Shown here piece after piece: positions 26,787 through 39,292 of a DNA stretch of 64,000 nucleotides; within the stretch, counting starts at the first letter, position 1, and each line of letters opens with the position of its first letter. The notes beneath the pieces were generated by a model. The model was not told the origin of the DNA, made no database searches, and saw only the letters and a list, made by a program, of their open reading frames with translations. This DNA is from Azolla caroliniana (Eukaryota; Plantae; Polypodiophyta). The translations under genes and the position numbers were made by a program. The stretch lies in assembly GCA_043228905.1 (NCBI GenBank), contig JBHGNT010000020.1, forward strand, positions 8,060,001 to 8,124,000, read 5' to 3'.

Positions 26787-27100
26787 TGTTGAGAATCAAG
26801 CTCAACTTGGTCTAGTGTGTGAACTCACCTTGAGAGTGAATAGACACTCCAACGGTCAAGAGTCACCATTAAGTCACCACTTTGTATTCTAGCATTTAGT
26901 ATAAGTCATAGAATCATATTCTATGACACATAACTTATGAGCTTTCACATTCCCCCTGATCCATGAGTCTTGTAGTTAATGAAGAGAGAGGGTGACTATA
27001 TAAAGCACCCTCCTCCCACCTTGTATGGTGTTGAGTCTTTCTCCTTTGTCAATATACTTAACCTTGCGTATACTCTGTGTGTGTGTCTCTCTCTCTATCT

Positions 27101-27135
<35 letters not shown>

Positions 27136-30100
27136 TTCACACCTATTCCGCTTCACAAGAATCCATCTCTTGATTCTTTACATGGTATCAGAGCGATTTG
27201 GTAGCTCGATCTAGCCCATTCGCCTCATCGTGATCGTGTGTTGTGCTCTACGCCGATGACCAAGAACCGGCTTATCGCTATCGTAGCTTCGCTACATAGC
27301 TCACATTTGAAGAGAGAAGAAGAAGAAGAAGAATCGACATAATGAATACTCAAATTGGGAGCGCTCTCCCTATCGAGAAGTTGGATTGAAACAACTTCGC
27401 ATCTTGGGAGTACAAGATGCACCAATACCTTGTCGGACAAGGCTAGTGGAGCTACATCAAAGGAGCACATGAAGACCGACCCGCCGAAGCGGCTCCCGGA
27501 TACGCGACATGGGAGCAAGCCGCAAGCCGCGTGATGTATTTCTTGGCGACATGTGTTCACGATCACATGCTCGGCTACATTCGCGAAGCCAAGACGCCGA
27601 AGGAGGCATGGGAAAATCTACAAAAGATTTTCGCGGCGAACACAACCACAAGAAGGCTTCAACTCCGCCAAGAGTTGAACAACATTCAACAAAGGGACAT
27701 GTCCATGACGACATACACCTCGAAGATCAAGGAGCTTTGCGATTTGCTCGGCTCAATAAGCGTAAATATCGATGATGATGAGATGGTTCAAATATGCCTC
27801 GGTGGCCTCACATGGTTCGGCGCGATGTGAACCGCCGTTCTAGCACGGGAGAAATCTCCCTCCTTCTTCGAGCTCCAATCAATGCTATTGGTCGAAGAAA
27901 ACCACGTGCGTACAAGGAGCAATGATTTGGAAGGCCACATGCTCTACATGCACTCGAACGGAGGAAGAGGATGCAGACGATCGAGAGGCCGATTCGGCCA
28001 AGGACAAGGTGGACGAGGTTCGACCTACGACAACAACTCCCAATTTCAGCCGCAAAACGGAAGCCAATGAGGAACCCTCGCAAGAAGGGGGAGCTTCCAC
28101 TCCGGCCCGAGCCGTCAAAACGCAATCGAATGCGGATATTGCGGAAAGCTCGGCCACTACGAAGAAGAGTGCCGAAAGAAGATGCGTGAATCGGGTTCCA
28201 CAAGCCGACAACTCACAAATTACGCGCACAATTCCGACTACGAAGAGTATAGCGGAATGTATGGGAACAACTCCGACTACGAAGATTGTGGCAGAATGTA
28301 TGTACGCAACTCCGACCGTGGCGGTATGTTCATGATGAAACATAGAGCAAACTCTATGTCGGCCTCTACCTCAACTAGTGCCCTCAATCCGGAGGACGTA
28401 TGGTTTGTTGACTCCGGAGCCTCAAACCATATGACATCCCATAAAGAATGGTTTCTCGAACTTCGAGAGCCAGAGCGACCCGGTTATGTCGAAACCGGAG
28501 ATGACACTACGCACCCGATCCGACACATCGGCAATATTCCATTCGGCGAAAGAGGTAAGCAAACATACATTAAAAATGTCTTGCATGTTCCCACCATCAC
28601 GAAGAATTTGGTCTCGGTCGGCCAAATGATTGAGCAAGTGATGCAAGTACGATTCGACCAAGATGGGTGCTTTATCGAAAAAGAAGGCCGAATCATCGCA
28701 CGCGGAAGAAGAGAGGGCCGGATGTTCATTCTCGATTCTCACGAGATGAAATCCGCCATGTTCGCGAAAAACACGAAAGCCGACTCCGACATAGAGCTAT
28801 GGCATAAGCGAATTGGCCACATCAATCTCAACAAACTCAAAGCAATGAAATCTAAAGGAGTCGTCATCAGACTCCCGACATTCAAAGAGAAGGAGATTGA
28901 AGGTGTATGCGAAGCGTGCCAATTCGGCAAGCAACACCGACACCCATTCCCAAAAGAGCGGAACGTGAGCAAAGGTCTACTCGACGTAGTCCATTTTGAC
29001 GTATGGGGACCGGCGCAAACGGCTACATTCGGTGGATGCCGATACTACGTGCTCTTCATCGACGAATTCTCTAGGCACACTTGGATCTACCCGATGCGGC
29101 AAAAGAGCGAAGTGTTTGGACACTTCCAAACATTCAAGAATGAAGTTGAGAAAGCCACGGGTCGACATGTACGTTGTCTTTGATCAGATGGCGGCAAGGA
29201 GTACTTCTCGGGCGATTTCAAGGCGTATCTCCGAACGGAAGGAATTCGGCGAGAATTCACTTGCCGACACACTCCGCAACAAAACGGAGTAGCTGAGTGC
29301 AAAAATCGGCACATCCTCGAAGTAGCGCGGGCCATGATGAACGAGAAGCATATGCCCAAGTCATATTGGGTCGAAGCTGCAAATATGGCCGTCTACCTAA
29401 TGAACCGATGCACAACATCCGGCGTGCACGAGGTCACTACACATGAAAAATACTTCGGAGAGAAGCCAGACTTATTGCACATCCGGATATTCGGCGCGAT
29501 AGCGTACGTGCACATCCCCGACGAGAAGCGTCAAAAGCTTGATCCGAAGTCGGAGAAATGTATCCTCATAGGATACTCACTGGAGCAAAAGGGGTACAAG
29601 TGCTACAACCCCTCAACTTGAAAATCTCGAGTAAGTCGAGATGTTGTTTTTGACGAGTCGCATCCTGGTACGCACCAGAGACAACTCCAACTCCGACTCC
29701 GCTCGACCAGGAATCCTCCGAACAAGAGATAGAGGATGAGGATCGCCTTACGCGCATGTTCGAAGAGAGTCTAATCACGACCCGACTGAGCGGACCACAA
29801 TAGCCTTTGAGCAATCAAAGCACATCACGGCCTAGCCCGAAGATGGACAAGGGCAAGGCGAAAATGGCGGATATGCTGATGATCGTTTCAACGACGACGA
29901 GTAGACTCACTCACTCGACAGTGAGTTCGGCGGCTTTGATGTACCAATCGGAGCTAAGAAAGCCCTCATCTCAACAAATGGAAAGCTCCGTCACTCCACC
30001 CATGAAAAGAATTCGGTCAGCCGATTCGGCTACAACGACTACATGGCATATCACTATGCCTTTACGATGAAGGTGGCGACAGTACACGAGCCAGAAAGTT

Positions 30101-32276
30101 TTTCCGAAGTAGCCAAGGATCCGCGATGGATCGAAGCCATGAATGAGGAGATGCAGGCACTACGCAAGAACGAGACATGGGATCTCGTTCCCACCTCACC
30201 ACACAAAAAGGCGATCGGATGCAGATGGATTTACAAAGTGAAGTACAACGCCGAGGGTTCCGTCAACCGCTACAAAGCGCGACTCATAGCGAAAGGCTAT
30301 GCCCAAACGCATGGAGTTGACTACGAGGAGACCTTTGCCCCGGTGGCAAAGATGACGACGGTACGGACCGTAATTGCGCTTGCCGTGGCGAAAGGGTGGC
30401 ACCTCCATCAAATGGATGTCAAGAACGCCTTTCTACAAGGCGAATTAGAAGAGGAGGTGTACATGATACAACCACCCGGCTTCGAATCACGCATTCATCC
30501 GAAAGCTGTGTGCCGACTCAAGAAGCCACTCTACGGCCTCAAGCAAGCACCGCGTGCTTGGCATTCGAAGATAATGCAATATCTTCATCAAATCGGCTTC
30601 CGTATGTCAAAATCGGACAACTCCCTCTACATACGAAACGATTGTGCAAGTTTGATCGTCATCAACTTATATGTGGATGACCTAGTCATTGGAGGTGAGT
30701 ATCTCGTCGAAATCAATAAGGACAAATTCCTCCTTTCCGACAAGTTCGAGATGACAGACATGAAGGAACTCCACTACTTCCTCGGCATCGAGGTAATTCG
30801 GACTCCAGCCAGAATCATGATTTCTCAACGGCACTACATCCTCAACTTGTTATACAAGTTCGGTATGGCTAAGTGCAAATCCATGGCAACCCCGCTCGAT
30901 CGTAATCTCAAACTAGATGCGAACTCCGGCACCAAAGTGTGTGAGCCGAATCAGTATCGGCAACTCATCGGAAGTCTCATCTACCTCACGATCACTCAAC
31001 CCGATCTCAGTTATTCGGTCGGTCTCCTTAGTCAATTCATGCAAACACCGCGTGATACTCACTTGGATTGCACTAAGCGAGTTTTACGGTACGTGAGCGG
31101 CACAATGGATTGCGGTATCCTCTACAAGACCGCGATGCCAATATGCCTTGAGGGGTACACAGACGCCGATTGGGCCGGCTACAAAGCCGATAGAAGATCA
31201 ACCTCCGGATTTGTTTTCTCCCTTGGCAGCGGAGCAATATCCTGGAGCAGCAAAAAGCAACCAACTATCGCTCTTTCGAGCATAGAGACAGAATACAAGG
31301 GCGCGACAGTGGCCGCATGTGAAGCCATATGGCTCAAGAGGATTTTGAAGGATCTGGGTGTACCCATCAAGGATCCGACTTCCCTTTACTGCGACAACAT
31401 GAGCAGTATCTATTTGGCTCAGAACCCGGTGTTCCACGCGCGGACAAAGCACATCGAAGTGCACTATCACTTCATCCGAGAGCGCGTTCTAGCTGGCAAT
31501 GTCGACCTACAACACATTAGCACCAATCTTCAAACGGCCGACATCTTCACTAAAGCATTAGGAGCCGACAAGCTGTGGCAATTCATGACCGATCTCGGAT
31601 TGACGATCCCTGACCTGCCAAGCTTGAGGGGGAATACTGAAGACATTACGCAATAACACGTGGATTACGCAACCGCGCAACAAAGCCGCGAAGAGCCGAT
31701 CTACCGCGCAAAGCCGCGAAGAAAGACGCAAGTCGAAGCACAGACTTCACAACTACGCACAACGCAAGCTGGAGCACGGATTCCGCAACTCCGCATAAAG
31801 CGAGTCGACACGAGTCGACGCGGACTCCGGAACGCGAGTCGAAGTGGATTTCGGACACCGTCTGAAACCGACCCGACTTGAGCTTGAGGGGGCATGTTGA
31901 GAATCAAGCTCAACTTGGTCTAGTGTGTGAACTCACCTTGAGAGTGAATAGACACTCCAATGGTCAAGAGTCACCATTAAGTTACCACTTTGTATTCTAG
32001 CATTTAGTACGAGTCATAGAATCATATTCTATGATACATAACTTATGAGCTTTCACATTCCCCATGCTCCATGAGTCTTGTAGTTAATGAAGAGAGAGGG
32101 TGACTATATAAAGCACCCTCCTCCCACCTTGTATGGTGTTGAGTCTTTCTCCATTGTTAATATACTTAACCTTGCGTATACTCTGTCTCTGGGTCTCTCT
32201 ATCTATCTCTCTCTCTCTCACACACACAATTCACACCTATTCCGCTTCACAAGAATCCATCTCTTGATTCTTTACA
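26787..32276 (+). mobile_element. Full-length Ty1/Copia element A nested in the Tcn1-like pol
   Basis: LTRs 26787-27182 and 31895-32276 (TGTT...TACA); TSD GACAC/GATAC; tRNA-iMet PBS 27183-27194; PPT 31884-31894; gag-PR(WFVDSGAS)-INT-RT-RH with several stops and frameshifts. Confidence 0.96.
30043..31656 (+). pseudogene. Copia A RT-RNase H open segment (537 aa)
   Basis: YVDD, YTDADWAG, ADIFTKAL; upstream pol is disrupted. Confidence 0.9.
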
Positions 32277-33271
32277 GATACCATACGTGAGGACTTGAAG
32301 ACAAATGTTTTCGCTCAAGCCATTCTAGCACAAATTTATCCCTCTTGAGCATCTTGTTCACAGTCGCAACAAACATGTATGGACTATCGACAATTCGAAT
32401 GTCTTGATGGATTACTATTCTTTAAGAAACTCTTGCATGTTCCTAATGGTACTTGTCGCCTTCAAGTAGTCCAAAACTGTCATGACACATACAACTGGGT
32501 ATTTTGGTAGTACTAAAACACTAGATTTAGTACAATGATCCTTCTGGAGGCCCCATATACGACAATTTGTCGAAGATTTTTTTCGGACTTTTGATACATG
32601 TTGCCAAGCAAAAATGCCAAGGCATCATCCATATGGTTTATTAGAACAAAATGTTACCAATTCCAAGCAAGCCATGACAATCCATTGCCCTAGATTTCAT
32701 CACAGATCTTCCGGTCTCTAAGGGATTCAATGCGATCTTAACAGTAGTAGATCAATATACGAAGATGGCCCATTTCCTACCATGTACTAAGGAAATCTCC
32801 AGTGAAGAAACTGTCGGGAACTCAACGCTCCTTATGCACAAAGCTCGGCCACAATCGAGATTCTTTTCATACACAGAAAACAGGAAACGAAAAACACGAC
32901 TCAAAGGAGAGTAAGATACACAGGAGGTTTACGTGGAAAACCCCAAACTAGGGGAAAAACCACGGCAGCCCACAAGCTGCAAACTGTCACTATGTAAGAA
33001 TGTACAAAACAGTGAGTTCACGGAGGCAACGACCTCGGACTCACGATCTTCGCCACAGGCGGCGGTTACAACAGAGGCAACGACCTCGTCTCTCTCTCTC
33101 TCTCTGTACAGTTACGCACTCTCTCTTCTTCTTGCACCAACAAGAAAAATAACAACATCATAATATTAGTTTGCCCTAAGTCATATTTATACTAATATGA
33201 CTTTTCGGCTATTTACAAATGTAGCCTCGATGGGCTCTTAGAAACATATTTACGAATATGTCTCTTCCTCT

Positions 33272-33595
33272 GGTTCACACCGGGCCTGCACCATCCGGCT
33301 CTCCGTAGCCGGGTACTCCTCATCCGGTTCACACCGGGCCTGCACCATCCGGCTCTCCGTAGCCGGGTACTCCTCATCCGGTTCACACCGGGCCTGCACC
33401 ATCCGGCTCTCCGTAGCCGGGTACTCCTCATCCGGTTTACACCGGGCCTGCACCATCCGGCTCTCCGTAGCCGGGTACTCCTCATCCGGTTCACACCGGG
33501 TCTGTATCATCCGGCTCTCCGTAGCCAGGTACTCCTCATCCGGTCTTCACCGGGTCTGCATCATCCGGCTCTCTGTGGCCGGGTCCACCTCATAC
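33272..33595. repeat. 54-bp CCGG-rich tandem repeat x6 in U3 of the 3' LTR of Copia B
   Basis: Unit ggttcacaccgggcctgcaccatccggctctccgtagccgggtactcctcatcc. Confidence 0.93.
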
Positions 33596-36500
33596 GGTCT
33601 TTGGCACTGATCTTCTCCCTTCCCATCCGGAGGGACCTGTCTCCCAACAAACTCCCCCTTCACTCCGGCATGGGGTGTCCTACCAGTCCGATTCTCTTCC
33701 GGCATGCGTCCAGCTTGTCGGGTGTCAGCACTTTGGTCAACATATCTGACCCGTTCTCGGTCGTGTGGATCTTCGTCAGTGCGAACTCCTGGTCATCTAC
33801 TCTTTCCCGGATCCAGTGATACCTCCGTTGGATATGCTTCGTCCGGGAATGGTAGGCCGCATTCTTAGCAAGGTGGATGGCACTTCGACTGTCGTAGTAG
33901 AGTCGGTATTCCTCTTGCCGGATACCGAGCTCTCCGATGAAGTCCTTCATCCATAATATTTCCTTGCCGGCTTCCACAGCTGCCATGTACTCCGCCTTCG
34001 TGGTTGACAATGCAACCGTCTTCTGCAACCTCGACTGCCACGAAACAGCTCCCCCTGCATATGTCATCACATACCCGGATGTAGACCGGCTGGTATCCAC
34101 ATCAGCCGACATGTCCGAATCGGTGAAACCGTCCAGTTGAGGTTTTCCGGAGCCGAATCGGAGACACATATTTGAAGTGCCCTTCAAATACCGGAGTATC
34201 CATTTGACTGCGTTCCAGTGCTCCTTGCCGGTATTGCTCATAAACCGGCTCACAACCCCTACTGCATATCCTATATCCAGTCAGGTACACACCATTGCGT
34301 ACATCAAGCTCCCGACGGTAGAGGCATATGGGATCTTCATCATTTCCGCCTTCTCTGCTTTCGTCTTCGGGCTTTGCTTGCCGGATAGCTTGCAGTTTGC
34401 CGGAAGTGTCGATCCGACCGGTTTCGCTTCTGACATGTTGAACCGGTGAAGCACCTTTGTCACATACTTCTCCTGTGACAGCCATAATTGCTTCTTTGAC
34501 CGGTCCCGAATGATGTGCATCCCCAACATCTGTCTTGCCGGACCCAAGTCTTTCATTGAGAAGGTCCGGTTGAGAGCCTTCTTTAGCATCCGTATTTTGA
34601 CTTGGTCACGTCCGACGATCAACATGTCATCCACGTACAGAAGGAGTATCAGGAAGTCGCCTCCTTCAAACTTCTTCACAAACACGCAATGATCGGCCTG
34701 CGTCTTGTGGTACCCTTGATCGGTCATGAAGGAGTCGAACTTCCGGTACCATTGATGGGGAGCCTGCTTCAGTCCGTACAGGCTCTTCTTCAACCGGCAT
34801 ACCAGGTGCTCCTTCCCTTTCTCCACGAATCCTTCCGGTTGCTGCATGTAGATCTCCTCTTCGAGGTCGCCGTGAAGGAATGCCGTCTTCACGTCCAGCT
34901 GCTCTACCTCAAGGTCCATGCTTGCTGCTATACTCAGCACCGTCCGGATGGAGGTCATCTTTACTACCGGGGCAAATATCTCGTCGAAGTTCACACCCTT
35001 CTTCTGCTGGAACCCCTTCACCATGATCCTGGCTTTGTATCTCGGGGGGTTGCCGGCATCTCCCGGTTTCAACTTGTACACCCACTTGTTTCGGAGTGCC
35101 CGCTTTCCTTTCAGCAACTCCACCAATTGGTATGTATGGTTCTCATGCAGGGAATCCATCTTGTCCTGCATGGCACTTAACCATTTTCGGCTGTGGGTGT
35201 CTTCCTTCACTTCTTCGAAGCTTTCCGGCTCCCCCTCATCGGTCAGCAGCACATGCTCTGCATCCGGAAATCTCCGGGGGGCCCTTCTCTCTCTGAGAGG
35301 ATATCTACATCTTCGGGCTTCGGTAGCCGGCTCCTCCATTTGCTCTTCATCCGAATCCGATTCGGGGTCTTGGCCGGTTCTGGTTTCAGCTTCCTCTACT
35401 TCTTCTTCTGCCGGTTCGGTATCCTCACCGTAACCGGCTGGTTCCTCCAGTGCTAACCGGTCTCTTGCCGGTTGGGTCTGCTCATCGTAGAGTCTATCCT
35501 TACTGGTCGACTCAGAGTTCATTATCTTCTTCTCCGACTCCCAGTCGGCGAGTGTCTTGTCGTCCATGAAGATAATATCTCAACTCCGGAATACCTTCTT
35601 ATCGACCGGGTCCCACACTCGGTAGCCGAACTCATCGTCACCGTAACCGAGGAATATGCATGGCCGGGTCTTTGGATCTAGCTTTCCTCTCCGGTCTTTA
35701 GCTACATGCACGTACGCGAGACACCCGAACACCTTCAGATGTCGGTAGGACACTTCCTTACCGGTCCATACTCTCTGTGGCGTGTCTCCGTCCAGGGGTA
35801 CTGAGGGTGATCTGTTTATCACGTATGTCGCCGTCGACAATGCCTCAACCCAAAACTTCTTGGGTAGGTTTGCATGCGCTAGCATACTCCGGACCCTCTC
35901 CATTATGGTCTGGTTCATCCTCTCGGCCAGTCCGTTTAGTTCCGATGTCTTCGGCACGGTAAATTCGAGCCGGATTCCCTTCGAGCGGCAGTACTCCTCG
36001 AACTGCCCCCGGTACTCTCCTCCGTTATCTGCTCGAACCGCCTTCAGCTTCAGGCCGGTTTCTCTTTCCACTCTCGCGTGGAGCTCTTTGAAGACGGATA
36101 ACACCTAATCCTTTGTCTTCAACGGTGTGGCCCACAGCTTCCGGTTGTGGTCATCTATGAACGTCACGAAGTACTGCGCTCCGGCATGTGACTTCGTGTC
36201 TACTTGACACACATCCGTATGCACCAACTCCAATGGTGCATTACGTCTCATCGGTGGCCTTGGTCGGAAGGAGGTGCGGTTCTGCTTACCGGCCAGACAA
36301 TCAGTGCACTTCTCTAAGTGCACGTTCTTCACTAGAATGAGGTTGTCGTCTGCAAGCCTCTTCATCCCCTTCTCGCTCATATGACACAGCCTCTTGTGCC
36401 ACAGCTCACTGGCAGTGTCGGATGCCACGTTCACTTCTTCCGGACATAACCGGGAATTCATCAGGTACAATGTGTTTACCTTCCGGGCCCGAGCCACAAT

Positions 36501-38194
36501 CAGGCTCCCTTTGCTGAACTTCATGACACCATTCCGAATGCTACCCGTGTAGCCTTCATCATCTAGCCGACCGGCTGATATCAGGTTCAGACGAACCTCC
36601 AGAACGTGTCGGACATCCTTCAGCAGCAACTTGCATCCGGTTGGTGTTGTCAGCCACACGTCTCCTATGCCGACAATTCGGCATGTACCTTCATTCCCCA
36701 TCCGGACACAGCCGTGGTCACCGGCTGAGTAGGATGCGAAGCATTTCCGGTCCGGGGTAAGGTGGAACGACGCTTCGGAGTCTACCACCCAGGTCATCTC
36801 GTCGCCGGCAAGGTTTATCTCACTCTCCTCGGTGATGAACATCAACTCCTCTTCACTTGCCGCGATTGCCGTCGTTCCCTTCCGGTCCGGACCCCTCCGG
36901 TCTTTACCGTTTCGGTCCGGGGTTTGCTTCGAATCAGTACCGTCGGTTTCCTTGTCTTTATGGAAATGCCGACAGTTCTTTTGGAAGTGTCCCGGCTTGC
37001 CGCAATAGAAGCAAGTAGGCCTCCCCCTTGACTTTGACCGTGTCCCCGACTTCTCCCGGTTCTGGGGACTACGGTTTCTCTGTCTTCCGCGTTCCGATTC
37101 GGTAAGGAGCGCTTTGGAGTCGGAGCTCGTATCTTTATCCTTCCGACGCGCCTCCTCATCTAGCAAGCTCGACTTTACTCTTGCTAGGGATAACTGTTTT
37201 CGTTCCGGCCCGGCGTTGCCCAAAGTGACAACCAACGTCTCCTAGCTATCCGGGAGGGAACCGAGCAGGAGTAGCGCAAGTACCTCATCGGCGAGAGGTA
37301 CTTCCAATGAAGTTGCCTAGTGGATCAGCCCTTGGAAGGCATTCATGTGCTCCGCCTTGCTGGAGCCATCTTGGTACCGGAGTCTTACTAGCTTCCGGAA
37401 TACTGACACCTAATTGACATCATTTTTGTTCTGGAACATTATGCCGATCTTCTCCTAGAGCTCATGAGCCTTGCTCTCTTCATTGAAGTTGTTGTACAGG
37501 CTCATGTCGATGAAGCACCGTATGTACGTCGTTGTCTTCATGTGCATCACCTCCCATATCGCAGCGTCGATTTTGTCCGGTCTCTTGTCCCCGAACTGAA
37601 CCGGAAGCCAGAGGTCTTTAACCACGAGCATGTCCCTCATCTTCGACTTCCACACTGAGTAGTTGGAGCCGGTGAGCTTGAACATGCCGCCAAACGATTC
37701 GTCCATTTTCTGTGTCGTTTCGCTCTGATACCACTTGTCGGGAACTCAACGCTCCTTATGCACAAAGCTCGGCCACAACCGAGATTCTTTTCATACACAG
37801 AAAATAGGAAACGAAAAACACGACTCAAAGGAGAGTAAGATACACAGGAGGTTTACGTGGAAAACCCCAAACTAGGGGAAAACCCACGACAGCCCACAAG
37901 CTGCAAACTGTCACTATGTAAGAATGTACAAAACAGTGAGTTCACGGAGGCAACGACCTCGGACTCACGATCTTCGCCACAGGCGGCGGTTACAACAGAG
38001 GCAACGACCTCGTCTCTCTCTCTCTCTCTGTACAGTTACGCACTCTCTCTTCTTCTTGCACCAACAAGAAAAATAACAACATCATAATATTAGTTTGCCC
38101 TAAGTCATATTTATACTAATATGACTTTTCGGCTATTTACAAATGTAGCCTCGATGGGCTCTTAGAAACATATTTACGAATATGTCTCTTCCTC

Positions 38195-38465
38195 TGGTTC
38201 ACACCGGGCCTGCACCATCCGGCTCTCCGTAGCCGGGTACTCCTCATCCGGTTCACACCGGGCCTGCACCATCCGGCTCTCCGTAGTCGGGTACTCCTCA
38301 TCCGGTTCACACCGGGCCTGCACCATCCGGCTCTCCGTAGCCGGGTACTCCTCATCCGGTTCACACCGGGTCTGTATCATCCGGCTCTCCGTAGCCAGGT
38401 ACTCCTCATCCGGTCTTCACCGGGTCTGCATCATTCGGCTCTCCGTGGCCGGGTCCACCTCATAC
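38195..38465. repeat. 54-bp tandem repeat x5 in U3 of the 5' LTR of Copia B
   Basis: Same unit, one copy fewer, accounting for the 838 vs 784 bp LTR lengths. Confidence 0.93.
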
Positions 38466-39292
38466 GGTATTTGGCACTGATCTTCTCCCTTCCCATCCGG
38501 AGGGACCTGTCTCCCAATAGAAACCGCCAAAATTGTCATGCGTCAAGTATGTCGGCATGATGGCCTTCCTGATAGTACCATCAATGACTGTGGACCCCAG
38601 TTTGTCTCAATGTTCTGGAAGCACCTCTTTAAAATGCTTAAGGTCACTTGTAACCTCTCCTCCGGCTACCACCCACAAACAGACGGCCAAGCAGAACGAA
38701 CAAATCAAACGTTGGAGCAGTATCTTCGGTGCTTTTTAAGGTATCATCAAGATGACTGGCGGATATTCTCCACTTCGCCGAATTTGCATATAATAACTTT
38801 GTCCACTCATCGACAAAGGTGACACAATTTTATGCTTACACGGGTTGTCATCCCCGGTGGTGTGTATTTGAAACCCTAGAGTTACCCACGAATCCTTGTG
38901 CAGAGGATCATTTGGAGTGGCTATGTAAGATACAAGAGGATTTATCTACTCATCTACAACAAGCTCAACAAACACACAAGGTTTACGCGGATTGTCATCG
39001 GCTTCCATCCAATTTTGACATTGGAGATCGGGTGTGGTTACTACGATGACACATCAAGACTAGTCACCCATGCGAGAAGTTGGATTATTGGCGATTAGGT
39101 CCTTTTTGTATTATCGGAAAAATTAATGATGTCGCTTTTCGTCTCGATCTACCTCCACAACTTTGGATACAACCAATGTTTTAGAGTTCTCTCCTCGAAC
39201 CCTATCAAGACATCACCATCCCTGGTCATATTAAACAATCTCCACCTCCGATCAAGCTTGAAGATGGACATGTGTATGACGTTGCCGCTATC

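Larger units (their letters stand above)
32812..38519 (-). mobile_element. Full-length Tnt1/Tork-like Ty1/Copia element B nested in the Tcn1-like integrase
   Basis: 3' LTR 32812-33649 and 5' LTR 37736-38519; TSD GAAAC on both sides; iMet PBS 37722-37733 (minus); PPT at 33650-33661; gag-pol 33660-37706 (CFYCGKPGH, VDSEAS, YVDD, GFTDSD) with a few stops and a frameshift. Confidence 0.97.

Noticed and set aside
33213-33510. Repetitive ORFs (MNRMRSTRLRRAGWCRPG / EPDEEYPATESRMVQARC) and a CRISPR-like look
   Set aside because: Translations of the 54-bp LTR tandem repeat; there are no unique spacers and the context is a eukaryotic LTR
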